Made by a program: the position numbers and the translations under genes. This document shows, one piece after another, positions 1 to 10,242 of a DNA stretch of 64,000 bases. The notes beneath the pieces were generated by a model. The model did not search any database and had not been told where the DNA came from. It saw only the letters and a list, made by a program, of their open reading frames with translations. Source of the DNA: Tagaea sp. (lineage in GTDB: Bacteria; Pseudomonadota; Alphaproteobacteria; CACIAM-22H2); the NCBI GenBank assembly GCA_965228135.1, contig OZ245798.1, forward strand, positions 139,496 to 203,495, written 5' to 3'. How positions within the stretch are numbered: the first letter of the stretch is position 1; the number at the start of each line of letters is the position of its first letter.

Positions 1-174
1 ACGGCGCAGGAACGCCTGAAGCTCGTCTTCCGCGTCAAGGCACGTATCGATCCGGCGCTGCTGCGCAAACATATCGAGCAAGTGAAGACCGGGCTGCCGG
101 GTGTGGCCTATGTGCGGCTCGACCCCGGTGCCGCATGGCCCGCACGGTTTCGCAACGTCGTCGACGCGCGATGA
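1..174 (+). CDS. HlyD-family adaptor (YhiI-like), 3' end only
   Basis: Frame 1 reads [21 protein letters not shown]...[13 protein letters not shown]...W*, a typical YhiI C-terminus. Its TGA overlaps the ATG of rbbA (ATGA at 171-174). Confidence 0.75.
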   Translation, partial: TAQERLKLVFRVKARIDPALLRKHIEQVKTGLPGVAYVRLDPGAAWPARFRNVVDAR

Positions 175-2882
175 CCACCGCCGCCGCGGACCCGGTCGTT
201 CGGCTGCGCAAGCTGCGGCTGGAATTCGGCGCCACGCGCGCACTCGACGATATCGATCTCGATATCCCGGCGGGCGTGATGGTTGGGTTGATCGGCCCGG
301 ATGGTGTGGGCAAGTCGAGCTTGCTGTCGTTGGTCGCGGGAGCACGCGCCGTGCAAAGCGGGGACGTGTCGGTGTTGGGCGGGGATATGCGCGACGCGAC
401 GCATCGGCGCGATGCATGCCCGCGCATCGCCTATATGCCGCAAGGTCTCGGCAAGAACCTCTATCCCACGCTCTCGGTGTTCGAGAATGTCGATTTATTC
501 GGGCGGCTGTTCGGTCACGGGAAGGACGAACGCGCGCGGCGCATCGCGAGCCTGTTGGAGAGCACGGGGCTTGCCCCCTTCGCCGACCGGCCGGCGGGCA
601 AGCTCTCGGGCGGCATGAAGCAGAAGCTCGGCCTGTGCTGCGCGCTGATCCACGATCCCGATTTACTGCTGCTCGACGAACCCACGACCGGTGTCGATCC
701 GTTGTCGCGCCGGCAATTCTGGGATCTGATCGACGCGATCCGCCACGCGCGCCCGGCGATGAGCGTGATCGTCGCAACGGCGTATATGGAGGAGGCGGCG
801 CGCTTCGATTGGATCGTCGCGATGGACGAGGGGCGCGTGCTCGACAAGGGCCCGCCCGGCGACATCGTCGCGCGCACGGGTGCGACGTCGCTCGACGCGG
901 CCTTCATCGCCCTTCTGCCCGATGCCAAGCGCGCCGGCCATCGCGCGGTAACGATTCCGCCGCGCGTGGCTTTCGCGGGCGAGATCGCGATCGCGGCGGA
1001 AGATCTGACGATGCGCTTCGACGATTTCGTGGCGGTTGATCACGTCAGTTTCGAGATCGGGAAAGGCGAGATCTTCGGCTTCCTCGGCTCCAACGGTTGC
1101 GGCAAGACGACGACGATGAAGATGCTCACCGGATTGTTGCCGGCGAGCGAGGGTACGGCGAAGCTGTTCGGGCGCGAGATCGATCCGCGCGATATCGATG
1201 TGCGCCGGCGCGTCGGTTACATGTCGCAGGCGTTCTCGCTCTATTCTGAATTGACGGTCCGGCAAAACCTCGAACTGCATGCGCGGCTGTTTCGCTTGCC
1301 GGCGGACGAAATCCAAGCGCGCGTCGCCAGCGCGGCCGCGCGTTTCGATCTCGCCGGGGAAATGGACGCGTTGCCCGACGCGCTGCCGCTGGGCATACGT
1401 CAGCGTCTGTCGCTGGCGGTCGCGATGATCCATGCGCCCGATCTGCTGATTCTGGACGAGCCGACATCCGGCGTCGATCCCGTGGCGCGCGATGCGTTGT
1501 GGAACATCCTGATCGATTTGGCGCGCCGCGACGGCGTCACGATCTTCATTTCCACGCATTTCATGAACGAAGCCGAGCGCTGCGACCGGATTTCGCTGAT
1601 GCATGCCGGGCGCGTGCTGGTCAGCGATACGCCGCGCGCCATCGTCGCATCGCGCGAGGCGGCGACGTTGGAGGATGCGTTCATCGGGTATCTCGAAGAC
1701 GCCGCCACGGCGCCTTCGCCGGCGACGCCGATGGCCGGACAGGAAGCGTCGGCCGCGCAGCCGCGTCGCGGCTTCGACTGGCGGCGCATGGCGAGTTACG
1801 CGCGGCGCGAAAGCCTTGAGTTGCGCCGCGATCCGGTGCGCGCGACGCTCGCCTTGCTGGGCAGCGTCATTCTGATGTTCGTCGTCGGCTACGGCATCAA
1901 TTTCGACGTCGAGAAATTATCCTTCGCCGTTCTCGACCGCGACAACACGACGGTCAGCCGCGATTTCGTGTTCGATATCGCGGGATCGCGCTATTTCGAC
2001 GAGAAGGCGCCGATCGTCGATCATGCCGATCTCGACCGGCGCATGCGCGCGGGCGAAATCAGTCTGGCGATCGAGATCCCCGAGAATTTCGCTCGCGACG
2101 CCGCGCGCGGGCGCAACGTCCAGATCGCGGCATGGATCGACGGCGCGATGCCCCAACGCGCCGAAACGCTGCGCGGTTACGTGCAAGGCGTCTACGCGCA
2201 ATGGCTCGCACGCCGCGCCGGGAGTTCGGCCGGTGCGGCTTTCCGTATCGAAACGCGCTTTCGCTACAACCCGGCCTTCGAAAGTTTGGTTGCGATGGTG
2301 CCGGCGGTCATTCCGTTGCTGCTGATGCTGATCCCCGCGATGCTCGCGGCCCTCAGCATCGTGCGCGAGAAGGAGCTCGGCTCGATCGTCAATCTCTACG
2401 TCACACCGGTCACGCGGCTCGAATTCCTGCTCGGCAAGCAATTGCCTTATATCGTGCTGTCGATGGGCAGTTTCGCGCTGCTCGTCGCGGTGGCGGTGTT
2501 CCTGTTCCGCGTGCCGTTCACCGGCAGCCTGCCGGCGCTGACGGTCGGCGCGTTTCTCTATGTCGGCGCGTCGACCGGGCTTGGCTTGCTGATCTCGAGC
2601 TTCATGCGCAGCCAAGTCGCCGCGATTTTCGGTACGGCCGTGCTGACGATCGTGCCCGCCGTGCAGTTTTGCGGGATCATCGATCCGCTGTCGTCGCTGG
2701 AAGGGGCGGGGGCGGTGATCGGGAATATGTTCCCGACATCCTATTTCGTCACCATCGCGCGGGGCGCCTTCTCGAAGGGCTTGGGGTTCGCCGATCTGGC
2801 CGCGCCTTTGTTTGTTCTGGCCGCGACGGCGCCGCTGCTCGTGCTGGCGGCGGCCGGGCTTTTGAAGAAGCAGGCGGATTGA
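171..2882 (+). CDS. rbbA: Ribosome-associated ATPase/ABC transporter RbbA (two NBDs plus ABC-2 permease)
   Basis: Two Walker A motifs ([16 protein letters not shown]), LSGGMKQ signature, two DEPT motifs and a C-terminal permease. Start placed at ATG 171. Confidence 0.9.
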   Translation: MTTAAADPVVRLRKLRLEFGATRALDDIDLDIPAGVMVGLIGPDGVGKSSLLSLVAGARAVQSGDVSVLGGDMRDATHRRDACPRIAYMPQGLGKNLYPTLSVFENVDLFGRLFGHGKDERARRIASLLESTGLAPFADRPAGKLSGGMKQKLGLCCALIHDPDLLLLDEPTTGVDPLSRRQFWDLIDAIRHARPAMSVIVATAYMEEAARFDWIVAMDEGRVLDKGPPGDIVARTGATSLDAAFIALLPDAKRAGHRAVTIPPRVAFAGEIAIAAEDLTMRFDDFVAVDHVSFEIGKGEIFGFLGSNGCGKTTTMKMLTGLLPASEGTAKLFGREIDPRDIDVRRRVGYMSQAFSLYSELTVRQNLELHARLFRLPADEIQARVASAAARFDLAGEMDALPDALPLGIRQRLSLAVAMIHAPDLLILDEPTSGVDPVARDALWNILIDLARRDGVTIFISTHFMNEAERCDRISLMHAGRVLVSDTPRAIVASREAATLEDAFIGYLEDAATAPSPATPMAGQEASAAQPRRGFDWRRMASYARRESLELRRDPVRATLALLGSVILMFVVGYGINFDVEKLSFAVLDRDNTTVSRDFVFDIAGSRYFDEKAPIVDHADLDRRMRAGEISLAIEIPENFARDAARGRNVQIAAWIDGAMPQRAETLRGYVQGVYAQWLARRAGSSAGAAFRIETRFRYNPAFESLVAMVPAVIPLLLMLIPAMLAALSIVREKELGSIVNLYVTPVTRLEFLLGKQLPYIVLSMGSFALLVAVAVFLFRVPFTGSLPALTVGAFLYVGASTGLGLLISSFMRSQVAAIFGTAVLTIVPAVQFCGIIDPLSSLEGAGAVIGNMFPTSYFVTIARGAFSKGLGFADLAAPLFVLAATAPLLVLAAAGLLKKQAD

Positions 2883-2886
2883 ACCC

Positions 2887-3999
2887 ATGCGCCTCGCCAA
2901 CATCTTCGAACTCGGCGTCAAGGAATTGCGCGGTCTGGCGCGCGATCCCATCCTGTTGGTTCTCGTCGTCTACGCTTTCACGCTCGCGGTCTATGCCCAA
3001 GCGACGGTCGCGCCCGAAGCGTTGAACCGCGCGTCGATCGCGATCGTCGACGAGGACAACTCGCCCTTGTCGGTGCGCCTGGGGGCCGCGTTCTATCCGC
3101 CGTATTTCCGGGCGCCGGTTTTGATCTCGCCAAGCGAGATGGATCGCCGGATGGATGCCGGGATCGACACATTCGCGATCGATATTCCGCCGAGCTTCCA
3201 GACGGATCTTTTGGCGGGCCGCAAGCCCGCGATCCAGCTCAATATCGACGCGACGCGCGTGACCCAAGCGTTCAGCGGCAGCGGCTTCATCGCCAGCATT
3301 CTGGGCGGCGAGGTCGCCGCGTTCCTGCAGCGTTATCGATCGAACGCCACGCCGGCGGCCGAGCTTGTGCTGCGCGCGCGTTTCAATCCGAATTTGAACC
3401 GGTCGTGGTTCGGCGCGGTGATGGCGATCATCGATCAGATCACGATGCTGTCGATCATCTTGACCGGGGCGGCGCTGATCCGCGAGCGCGAGCACGGCAC
3501 GATCGAGCATCTTCTGGTCATGCCGATCACGCCGCTGGAGATCGTGCTGAGCAAGATCTGGTCGATGGGGGCGGTCGTGCTCGTGGCGTCGACGCTGTCG
3601 CTCGTCTTCGTCGTGCAGGGCGTGTTGTCGGTGCCGATCGAAGGCTCGCTAGCGTTGTTCCTGGCCGGTGCGGCACTCGACATATTCGCGACCACGGCGA
3701 TGGGGATCGCGATCGCGACGCTCGCGGGCTCGATGCCGCAATTCGCGCTGCTGATGATCATCATTCTGTTGCCGCTGGAGATCTTGTCGGGCGGCATGAC
3801 GCCGCGCGAAAGCATGCCCGAGGCGATCCGCACCTTGATGCTCGTGGCGCCCAACACGCATTTCGTGTCGCTGGCGCAGGCGATCCTGTTCCGGGGGGCG
3901 GGGTTCGCGGCGGTCTGGCCGCAATTCCTGGCGCTGGCCGCGATCGGTGCCGCGCTGTTCGCGCTGTCGCTCGCGCGCTTCCGCAAATATCTGAAATAG
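2887..3999 (+). CDS. ABC-2 type permease (YhhJ-like)
   Basis: REREHGTIEHLLVMP motif, several TM helices, follows rbbA. Confidence 0.88.
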   Translation: MRLANIFELGVKELRGLARDPILLVLVVYAFTLAVYAQATVAPEALNRASIAIVDEDNSPLSVRLGAAFYPPYFRAPVLISPSEMDRRMDAGIDTFAIDIPPSFQTDLLAGRKPAIQLNIDATRVTQAFSGSGFIASILGGEVAAFLQRYRSNATPAAELVLRARFNPNLNRSWFGAVMAIIDQITMLSIILTGAALIREREHGTIEHLLVMPITPLEIVLSKIWSMGAVVLVASTLSLVFVVQGVLSVPIEGSLALFLAGAALDIFATTAMGIAIATLAGSMPQFALLMIIILLPLEILSGGMTPRESMPEAIRTLMLVAPNTHFVSLAQAILFRGAGFAAVWPQFLALAAIGAALFALSLARFRKYLK

Positions 4000-4009
4000 G
4001 CCCCAAACG

Positions 4010-4038
4010 AAAAACGGCCCCCGCGAGGGAGCCGTCTT
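4010..4038 (-). terminator. Rho-independent terminator, possibly bidirectional
   Basis: Minus strand ACGGCTCCC-TCGC-GGGGGCCGT followed by TTTT, between convergent genes. Confidence 0.7.
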
Positions 4039-4084
4039 GCCGCTGGTACATCCGCAGTCGGCCGATCCACCGTGGTCGGTGGAT
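4010..4084 (-). ncRNA. Candidate ~75-nt small RNA
   Basis: Own promoter-like element, perfect 8-bp 5' hairpin (4065-4084), a second hairpin and a terminator, with no plausible ORF. Confidence 0.4.
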
Positions 4085-4090
4085 GTACAT

Positions 4091-4119
4091 ATAATGGGTA
4101 TGGCGGCGGGAAAGCGCAA
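4091..4119 (-). promoter_or_regulatory. Sigma70-like promoter TTGCGC-N17-CATTAT
   Basis: -35 at 4114-4119, 17-nt spacer, -10 at 4091-4096 on the minus strand. Confidence 0.45.
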
Positions 4120-4207
4120 CCCCCGTCACGCCCAAAGTATTGCAATCGTGTGAATATTTCGTCCGGACGCGAGCCGTAGGGGTGGCGAAGGCGGCCACCC
4201 CCAAGCC

Positions 4208-4900
4208 CTAGGCACCGCCGCCCATCGCCGGTTTGGCTTGCGGCAGGCGGGTTTGGCCCATGTTGAGCCGCCGCTCGAGTTTCCGGCTGAGGGCGGAGAG
4301 CGGGAAGCACAGCGCGAAATAGATCGCCGAGACGATGGAGAAGGTGAGCAACGGCGAATAGGTCGCGTTGTTGACGAGCTGTGCGGCGCGCGTGAGCTCG
4401 ACGAAGCCGAGGATCGAGGCGAGCGAGGTGCTTTTGATCACCTGCACCAGGAAGCCGACGGTCGGAGCCACGGCGATGCGCAATGCCTGCGGGAAGATCA
4501 CCAGCCGCACGGTCGCGACGTAGCGCAAGCCCAAGGAGCGCGACGCTTCCCACTGGCCCTGCGGAATCGCTTCGATGCAACCGCGCCAGATCTCGCCCAG
4601 GAACGCGCTGGTATAGAGCGTGAGGCCGATCGCGGCGGCGTTCCAAGCGCTGACCGGCAAGCCGACGATGTTGAGCCCGAAGAACAGCACGAACAACTGC
4701 ATCAGCAGCGGCGTGCCCTGGAACAGCTCGACATAGAGCGATGCGACACGGCTCGCGAGGGCCGAGCCCGAGGTGCGCAGCAGCGCCACGACGATGCCCA
4801 TGATCGTGCCGCCGACGAACGCGACCAGCGACAGCAAGATGGTCCACTGCGTCGCGCGCAGCAGGATCATGATTTCGGCGAAGGAAAAGTCGCGGATCAT
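4208..4900 (-). CDS. Polar amino acid ABC transporter permease
   Basis: MIRDFSF start overlapping the upstream stop; FQGTPLL and GQWEASRSLGL (EAA) motifs. Confidence 0.88.
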   Translation of the reverse strand: MIRDFSFAEIMILLRATQWTILLSLVAFVGGTIMGIVVALLRTSGSALASRVASLYVELFQGTPLLMQLFVLFFGLNIVGLPVSAWNAAAIGLTLYTSAFLGEIWRGCIEAIPQGQWEASRSLGLRYVATVRLVIFPQALRIAVAPTVGFLVQVIKSTSLASILGFVELTRAAQLVNNATYSPLLTFSIVSAIYFALCFPLSALSRKLERRLNMGQTRLPQAKPAMGGGA

Positions 4901-5559
4901 GCGCGTTTCACCCAGCGCGAATAGACGAAGCGGAAGGCTTCGCGGAAGACGAGCGCGAGGCCGAGATAGATGAGCGTGACGACGAAATAGATCTCGAACG
5001 CGCGGAAGGTGCGCGACTGGATCGAATTCGCCGTCGCGGTCAATTCCTCCGACGCGATGGCGGAGACGACGCTTGTCCCCAGCATCAGCAGGATGAACTG
5101 GCTCGACAAAGCCGGGAACACGGCGGCGAGCGCTTGCTTGATCACGACCAAGCGGAAGATTTGGAAACGCGACAGGCCCAACGCCAAACCCGCTTCGGTC
5201 TGGCCACGCGGCACGGATTCGATGCCCGCGCGGATGATTTCCGCCGCATAGGCGCCGACATTGACGGTGAGGGCGAGCGACGCCGCTTGGTCCGGGCTCA
5301 ACCGCACGCCGAGGGCGGGAAGCCCCAGGAAGATCATGAACAACTGCACCAGGAAAGGCGTGTTGCGGATGATCTCGACATAGCAGCGGATGCTCGCGCG
5401 CAGCATCGCGTTGCCGTAGACGCTGCCGGCGGCGCAGGCGATGCCGACGCCAAGGCCCAGCACCATCGCGGTGATCGACAACTGAATCGTCAGCAACAAC
5501 CCGTCGAGCAGCAACGGCCACTCGCGCCAGACGGTGCCGAACTGAAAAACGTAATTCAC
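4897..5559 (-). CDS. Polar amino acid ABC transporter permease
   Basis: IRNTPFLVQ, AEIIRAGI and GQTEAGLALGL motifs; GTG start with GGGGAG RBS. Confidence 0.9.
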   Translation of the reverse strand: MNYVFQFGTVWREWPLLLDGLLLTIQLSITAMVLGLGVGIACAAGSVYGNAMLRASIRCYVEIIRNTPFLVQLFMIFLGLPALGVRLSPDQAASLALTVNVGAYAAEIIRAGIESVPRGQTEAGLALGLSRFQIFRLVVIKQALAAVFPALSSQFILLMLGTSVVSAIASEELTATANSIQSRTFRAFEIYFVVTLIYLGLALVFREAFRFVYSRWVKRA

Positions 5560-5584
5560 CGCGCTCCCCCGCTTGACTCTCTCG

Positions 5585-5604
5585 TTATGTTACCGGTAAC
5601 ATAA
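5585..5604. promoter_or_regulatory. LacI-family (E. coli GntR-type) operator
   Basis: Perfect 20-bp palindrome TTATGTTACCGGTAACATAA containing ATGTTA-N4-TAACAT, between divergent genes. Confidence 0.8.
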
Positions 5605-5672
5605 AAAACGTCGATCGGGAAGCGCCGAACAATCGGCGCCGCTTCCGGCGAATTGGGGGAGGGAACAAGCGC

Positions 5673-6419
5673 GTGCATCTCATCGTCACCGGCGGTGCGA
5701 GCGGACTGGGCAAGGCGGTCGCCTTGGGTGCCGCCGCGCGCGGGGCCAAAGTCGCGATCGTCGATATCGACGCGAAAGGCGCCGACGCCGTCGCCAAGCA
5801 ATGCAACGGCGTTGCGCATGCGGCGGATCTCATCAACGACGACGCGGCGAAGATCGTCGCCGATTGCGCCGCCAGGCTCGGCGGCCTCGACGGGTTGGTC
5901 AACAATGCCGGTTACGGCGCGGGCGAGGCGTTTCTCGAGATGAAGCCAACGACCTGGGATCGCACTTTCGATCTCAATGTCCGCGCCTTGGCGTTTCTGA
6001 CGTCTGCCGCCGGCAAGATCATGGCCGGGCAAAAGAAGGGCCGCATCGTCAACATCACGTCGCCCGCATCGCGCATGGCATTGCCGAACTACACGGCCTA
6101 TGCCGCGTCGAAAGCGGCGGTGGATTCGATCACGCGCGCGGCGGCGGTCGCGTTGGCGCCGCATGGCGTGCGCGTCAACTCGCTCGCACCCGGCATGATG
6201 GACACGCCCATGCAGCGCGATACCGAGATCGCTTTCGCCAAGCTGGAAGGGCGCAGCGATATCGAGAAGTTTTTGGCCGAACGCACCGCGCGTATTCCCG
6301 TGGGCCATCGCGTCGAGCCCGCGGAAGTGGCCGAAGCCGTGCTGTGGCTGCTGTTCGACGCGCCCGATTACATCACCGCCGAACGGATGAATCTCTCCGG
6401 CGGATTGGACAAGGACTGA
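5673..6419 (+). CDS. SDR family oxidoreductase (sugar/polyol dehydrogenase-like)
   Basis: TGGASGLG, NNAG and YAASK motifs. Confidence 0.9.
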   Translation: MHLIVTGGASGLGKAVALGAAARGAKVAIVDIDAKGADAVAKQCNGVAHAADLINDDAAKIVADCAARLGGLDGLVNNAGYGAGEAFLEMKPTTWDRTFDLNVRALAFLTSAAGKIMAGQKKGRIVNITSPASRMALPNYTAYAASKAAVDSITRAAAVALAPHGVRVNSLAPGMMDTPMQRDTEIAFAKLEGRSDIEKFLAERTARIPVGHRVEPAEVAEAVLWLLFDAPDYITAERMNLSGGLDKD

Positions 6420-6420
6420 C

Positions 6421-7263
6421 ATGGCAACCCGGAATTCTCCCGGCGCGGATCCGTCCGTCGCCGAACTGAAGGCGCGCGCGAAATCCATCCGCCGCCATGT
6501 GTTGGCGATGTCGCGGCGCATCGGTCAGGGCTATGTCGCCCAAGGCCTCGCCATCGCCGATACGCTCGCGGCGATCTATTTCCACGAATTGCGCTACGAC
6601 CCCGCCAATCTGCAATGGCCGGAACGCGATCGTTTCCTGCTGTCGACGGGCCATTATTCGATCGCGCTATGGGCCGCTTTTGCCGAAGCCGGGATCATTC
6701 CGGTTGCGGAACTCGAGACCTATGGGCGCGACGAAAGCCGCCTGGAGATGAGCACGCTCGACACCACGCCGGGTGTGGAGATCATCGGCGGCTCGTTGGG
6801 CCACGGTCTCGGCCAAGCGGTCGGCATGGCGTTGGGCCAACGCTTGCGCAAATCCGAAGCGCGGATCTTCGTCGAGTTTTCCGACGGCGAATTGCAGGAG
6901 GGCTCGACCTGGGAAGCGTTGATGTCCGGCGGTTCCTTCGGCCTCGACAATCTCGTGGCGCTGATCGACTGCAACGGCATCCAGGCCGACGGCAAGATCG
7001 TGATCGATATCGAGCCGGTCGCCGACAAATGCCGCAGCTTCGGCTGGGACGTGACCGAGATCGACGGCAATTCGATGGAAGCGATCGTCGCGGCGTTGAA
7101 AGCCGCCCGCGACAAGAACGGCAAGCCCAAGGCGATCGTGCTGCGCACGTTGCCGGGCAAAGGCGTGCCCACACTCGAAAAACGCGAGAAGGCGCATTTC
7201 GTGCGCGTCGAAGCGAGCGAATGGGACCAGTTCGATCGCGAGCTGGAGGAAAACGATGTCTGA
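6421..7263 (+). CDS. Transketolase, N-terminal (TPP-binding) subunit
   Basis: RDRFLLSTGH, GSLGHGL and SDGELQEG...N motifs. Confidence 0.9.
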   Translation: MATRNSPGADPSVAELKARAKSIRRHVLAMSRRIGQGYVAQGLAIADTLAAIYFHELRYDPANLQWPERDRFLLSTGHYSIALWAAFAEAGIIPVAELETYGRDESRLEMSTLDTTPGVEIIGGSLGHGLGQAVGMALGQRLRKSEARIFVEFSDGELQEGSTWEALMSGGSFGLDNLVALIDCNGIQADGKIVIDIEPVADKCRSFGWDVTEIDGNSMEAIVAALKAARDKNGKPKAIVLRTLPGKGVPTLEKREKAHFVRVEASEWDQFDRELEENDV

Positions 7264-8248
7264 GCGCGGCAAAACCTTAGCGATGGGGGAAAACGTCGCG
7301 AGCGGTCCGCGCCCGACGGTCGAAGCGCCGTTCGGCAAAGCGCTCGCGGCATTGGCGCGCGGCCGAAACGATATCGTCGGCCTATCGGCGGACCTCGCCA
7401 AATACACCGACATCCTGCCGTTTCGCGACGCGCATCCCGATCGCTTTTTCAATGTCGGCATGGCCGAGCAGAATCTGATCGGCGTGTCGGCCGGCCTCGC
7501 CAAATCGGGCTTCAAAGCGTTCTGCACGACCTATGGCGTGTTCGCCACGCGTCGCGCCTACGATTTCATCGCCATCGCTTGCGCGCATTCGAAAGCCGAC
7601 GTGAAGATTTTCGCCGGCCTGCCGGGGCTGACGACCGGCTATGGCGGCACGCATCAGGCGATCGAGGATTTGGCGCTGATGCGCATGATCCCCGATCTCG
7701 TGGTGATCGATCCGTGCGACGCGACGGAAATCGAGCAGATCGTCGCCGCCGTCGCCGCGCATGACGGGCCGACTTATGTGCGGCTGTTGCGCGGGCTCGT
7801 GCCGCGCGTCCTCGATCCGGCGAAGCATCGTTTCGAGATCGGCAAAGCCTATACGCTGCGTTCGCAAGGCGGGATCGGCCTGATCTCGACCGGCTTGATG
7901 ACCGAACGCGCGATCGATGCCGCCGAAGCGCTGGCGGGCAAGGGGATCGAAACCTCGATCCTGCACGTGCCCACGATCAAGCCGTTCGATGCGAATGCGG
8001 TCGTCGAATTCGCGCGCAATGTGACGCGGGTGATGACGCTCGAAAATCACGTCGTCTCGGGCGGGCTCGGCACGTTGGTCGCCGAAGCGCTTTACGACGC
8101 ATGCATCTTCCGGCCGACCGTGCGGGTGGGCATTCCCGATCGGTTCGTCGAATGCGGATCCCTGCCTTACTTGCAGGACAAGTGCGGCATGACGGTCGAT
8201 CGGATCGTCGAACTCGCTCAAGACGACACAAAATGGAGGAAACAATGA
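7256..8248 (+). CDS. Transketolase, C-terminal subunit
   Basis: NVGMAEQN, GGTHQAIED and TIKPFD motifs. Confidence 0.9.
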   Translation: MSERGKTLAMGENVASGPRPTVEAPFGKALAALARGRNDIVGLSADLAKYTDILPFRDAHPDRFFNVGMAEQNLIGVSAGLAKSGFKAFCTTYGVFATRRAYDFIAIACAHSKADVKIFAGLPGLTTGYGGTHQAIEDLALMRMIPDLVVIDPCDATEIEQIVAAVAAHDGPTYVRLLRGLVPRVLDPAKHRFEIGKAYTLRSQGGIGLISTGLMTERAIDAAEALAGKGIETSILHVPTIKPFDANAVVEFARNVTRVMTLENHVVSGGLGTLVAEALYDACIFRPTVRVGIPDRFVECGSLPYLQDKCGMTVDRIVELAQDDTKWRKQ

Positions 8249-9036
8249 ACGGAATTATGAAATGGGCCTGTGCCGGGCTCGTCGCGATCGGCATGATGGC
8301 GGGGCAGGCGGCATCCGCCCAAACCGTCGACGAGATCATCAAGGCGGGGAAGGTGCGCATCGCGGTCGATCCGACCAGTGCACCCTTCGGCGTGACGGGC
8401 ACCGACGGCAATCCCGACGGGCTGGATGTCGATGTCGCCAAGCTTGCGGCCAAGTATCTCGGCGTGCAGCTCGAATTGGTGCCGGTCACCTCGCAGAACC
8501 GCATCCCGTATCTGCTGACCAATCGCGTCGATCTGGTGATCTCGTTGTTCGCGATCACGCCGGAGCGTGCGTTGCAGGTTTCGTTCTCCAGCCCCTATGC
8601 GGCCGTGGGCACGATCGTCACCGCGCGCGCGGACAAGAAGATCGAGACTTTCGCCGATCTCAAAGGCAAGAAGGTCGGCGTGCCGCGCGGCACGATCCCC
8701 GACACGCTGTTGACCCGCATGGCGCTGCAAGACGTGCAGATCGTACGCTTCGACGACGAAGCGACGTCGCTGCAAGCGCTCGCGACCGGTCAGGTCGACG
8801 CGCTGGGCAGCTCCACGACCGCGCTGCTCGTCCTCAATCGCGGCAAGCCGACGAAGGAATTCGAGCGCAAGCTGACGCTGGTCGAGAACCATTTCGGCAT
8901 CGGCGTGCGTCGCGGTCAGTTCGATCTGCTGCAATGGCTGAACAGCTTCATCTACGCGATCCGGGCCAATGGCGAACTCAACGCCATCACCGAAAAATGG
9001 ACCGGCGAGAAGATGGGCAATCTGCCCAATATCTGA
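8245..9036 (+). CDS. Amino acid ABC transporter substrate-binding protein (family 3)
   Basis: Signal peptide; GLDVDVAK and NRIPYLLTNRVD motifs; GGAGG RBS. Confidence 0.88.
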   Translation: MNGIMKWACAGLVAIGMMAGQAASAQTVDEIIKAGKVRIAVDPTSAPFGVTGTDGNPDGLDVDVAKLAAKYLGVQLELVPVTSQNRIPYLLTNRVDLVISLFAITPERALQVSFSSPYAAVGTIVTARADKKIETFADLKGKKVGVPRGTIPDTLLTRMALQDVQIVRFDDEATSLQALATGQVDALGSSTTALLVLNRGKPTKEFERKLTLVENHFGIGVRRGQFDLLQWLNSFIYAIRANGELNAITEKWTGEKMGNLPNI

Positions 9037-9045
9037 GGAGCACAA

Positions 9046-10224
9046 ATGTCCGCGACGTTGAAACAGGACAAGCGCGCGTGCCGCATCACGAAGGTCACGG
9101 CCTTCGTGGTCGGCATGCGCTGGCGCAACTGCGTGTTCGCCCAGATCGAAACCGACGAAGGCATTCGCGGGATCGGCGAGGGCACGCTCGAATACCAGCC
9201 CCAGGCGGTGGCGGCGGCGATCGATCAGCTTGCCGCGCGCTACGCGGTCGGGCGTTCGGTCTTCGGCGTGGAGAAGCTGTGGCACGACGTGTTGCGCAAC
9301 GAGTTCATGCATTCGCCGATCATCAACAGTGCGGCCGCCGCATTGGAGATGGCGATGTGGGACGTCGCGGGCAAAGCGCTCGGCCGCCCGGTCTACGAAT
9401 TATTGGGCGGCAAGGTACACGAGGTGCTGCCGGCCTACGCCAATGCCTGGTACGGCGTGGGCAAGACGCCGGCGGAGATCGGTGCCGCCGCCAAAGCCGC
9501 CGCCGCCAAAGGCTATCGCGGCTTGAAGTTCGACCCGTTCGAGGATTCGGGGCGCGAACCGGACAAGGCGTCGATCCGGCGCGCGGCCGCGATTGTCGAA
9601 GCGGTGCGTGCCGGCGTGGGGCCCAATGTCGATCTGATGATCGATGCACACGGGCGCTTCAGCCCCGGGGCGGCCATCGCCATCGCGCGCGATCTCGAAC
9701 CCTACGATCTGTTCTGGTTCGAGGAACCGTGCGATCCCGAGAACGCGGCTTCGCTCGCCGCCGTCGGCCGCAACATGAAAACGCGCCTGGCGACGGGCGA
9801 GCGCTGCACCAGCCGGGCGGGGATGGTCAATCTGCTGGAAACGCACGAGGTCGACGTGCTCCAGCCCGACATCATCCATGTCGGCGGCATCCTGGAATCG
9901 AAGAAGATCGCGGCGATGGCCGACGCTTATTACGCGCCGGTGTCGTTCCACAACCCGTTCGGGCCGGTGGCGACGGCGGCGGCCGTGCAGCTCGATGCCT
10001 GCACGACGAATTTCTTCATGCAGGAATCCTTCTGCGAATACGACGTGCCGTATCGCTTCGATCTGGTCGAGCATGCGCCCAAGCCGGTCAACGGCACCTA
10101 TCTGGTGCCCGATCGTCCGGGCTTGGGAATCGGCGAGTTCCGTCCGGAAGTCGCCAAGCAATACCCCTTCGATCCCGAAGCGTTCCTGCCGCTGTTCACC
10201 GACCGCTGGTCGTCGCGGTTCTGA
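9046..10224 (+). CDS. Mandelate racemase/MLE family sugar-acid dehydratase (galactonate/gluconate dehydratase-like)
   Basis: YANAW, KFDPF, DAHGR, WFEEP, TGER and HNP motifs. Confidence 0.85.
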   Translation: MSATLKQDKRACRITKVTAFVVGMRWRNCVFAQIETDEGIRGIGEGTLEYQPQAVAAAIDQLAARYAVGRSVFGVEKLWHDVLRNEFMHSPIINSAAAALEMAMWDVAGKALGRPVYELLGGKVHEVLPAYANAWYGVGKTPAEIGAAAKAAAAKGYRGLKFDPFEDSGREPDKASIRRAAAIVEAVRAGVGPNVDLMIDAHGRFSPGAAIAIARDLEPYDLFWFEEPCDPENAASLAAVGRNMKTRLATGERCTSRAGMVNLLETHEVDVLQPDIIHVGGILESKKIAAMADAYYAPVSFHNPFGPVATAAAVQLDACTTNFFMQESFCEYDVPYRFDLVEHAPKPVNGTYLVPDRPGLGIGEFRPEVAKQYPFDPEAFLPLFTDRWSSRF

Positions 10225-10242
10225 AAATGCTAATCACCCGGT

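Noticed and set aside
4208-5521. 437-aa permease with a long N-terminal extension
   Set aside because: The upstream part is an off-frame overlap with the neighbouring permease; the real start is at 4900. The same applies to the over-extended ORFs 11258-13330, 16510-19923, 32827-35091, 41800-43032 and 44191-47328.
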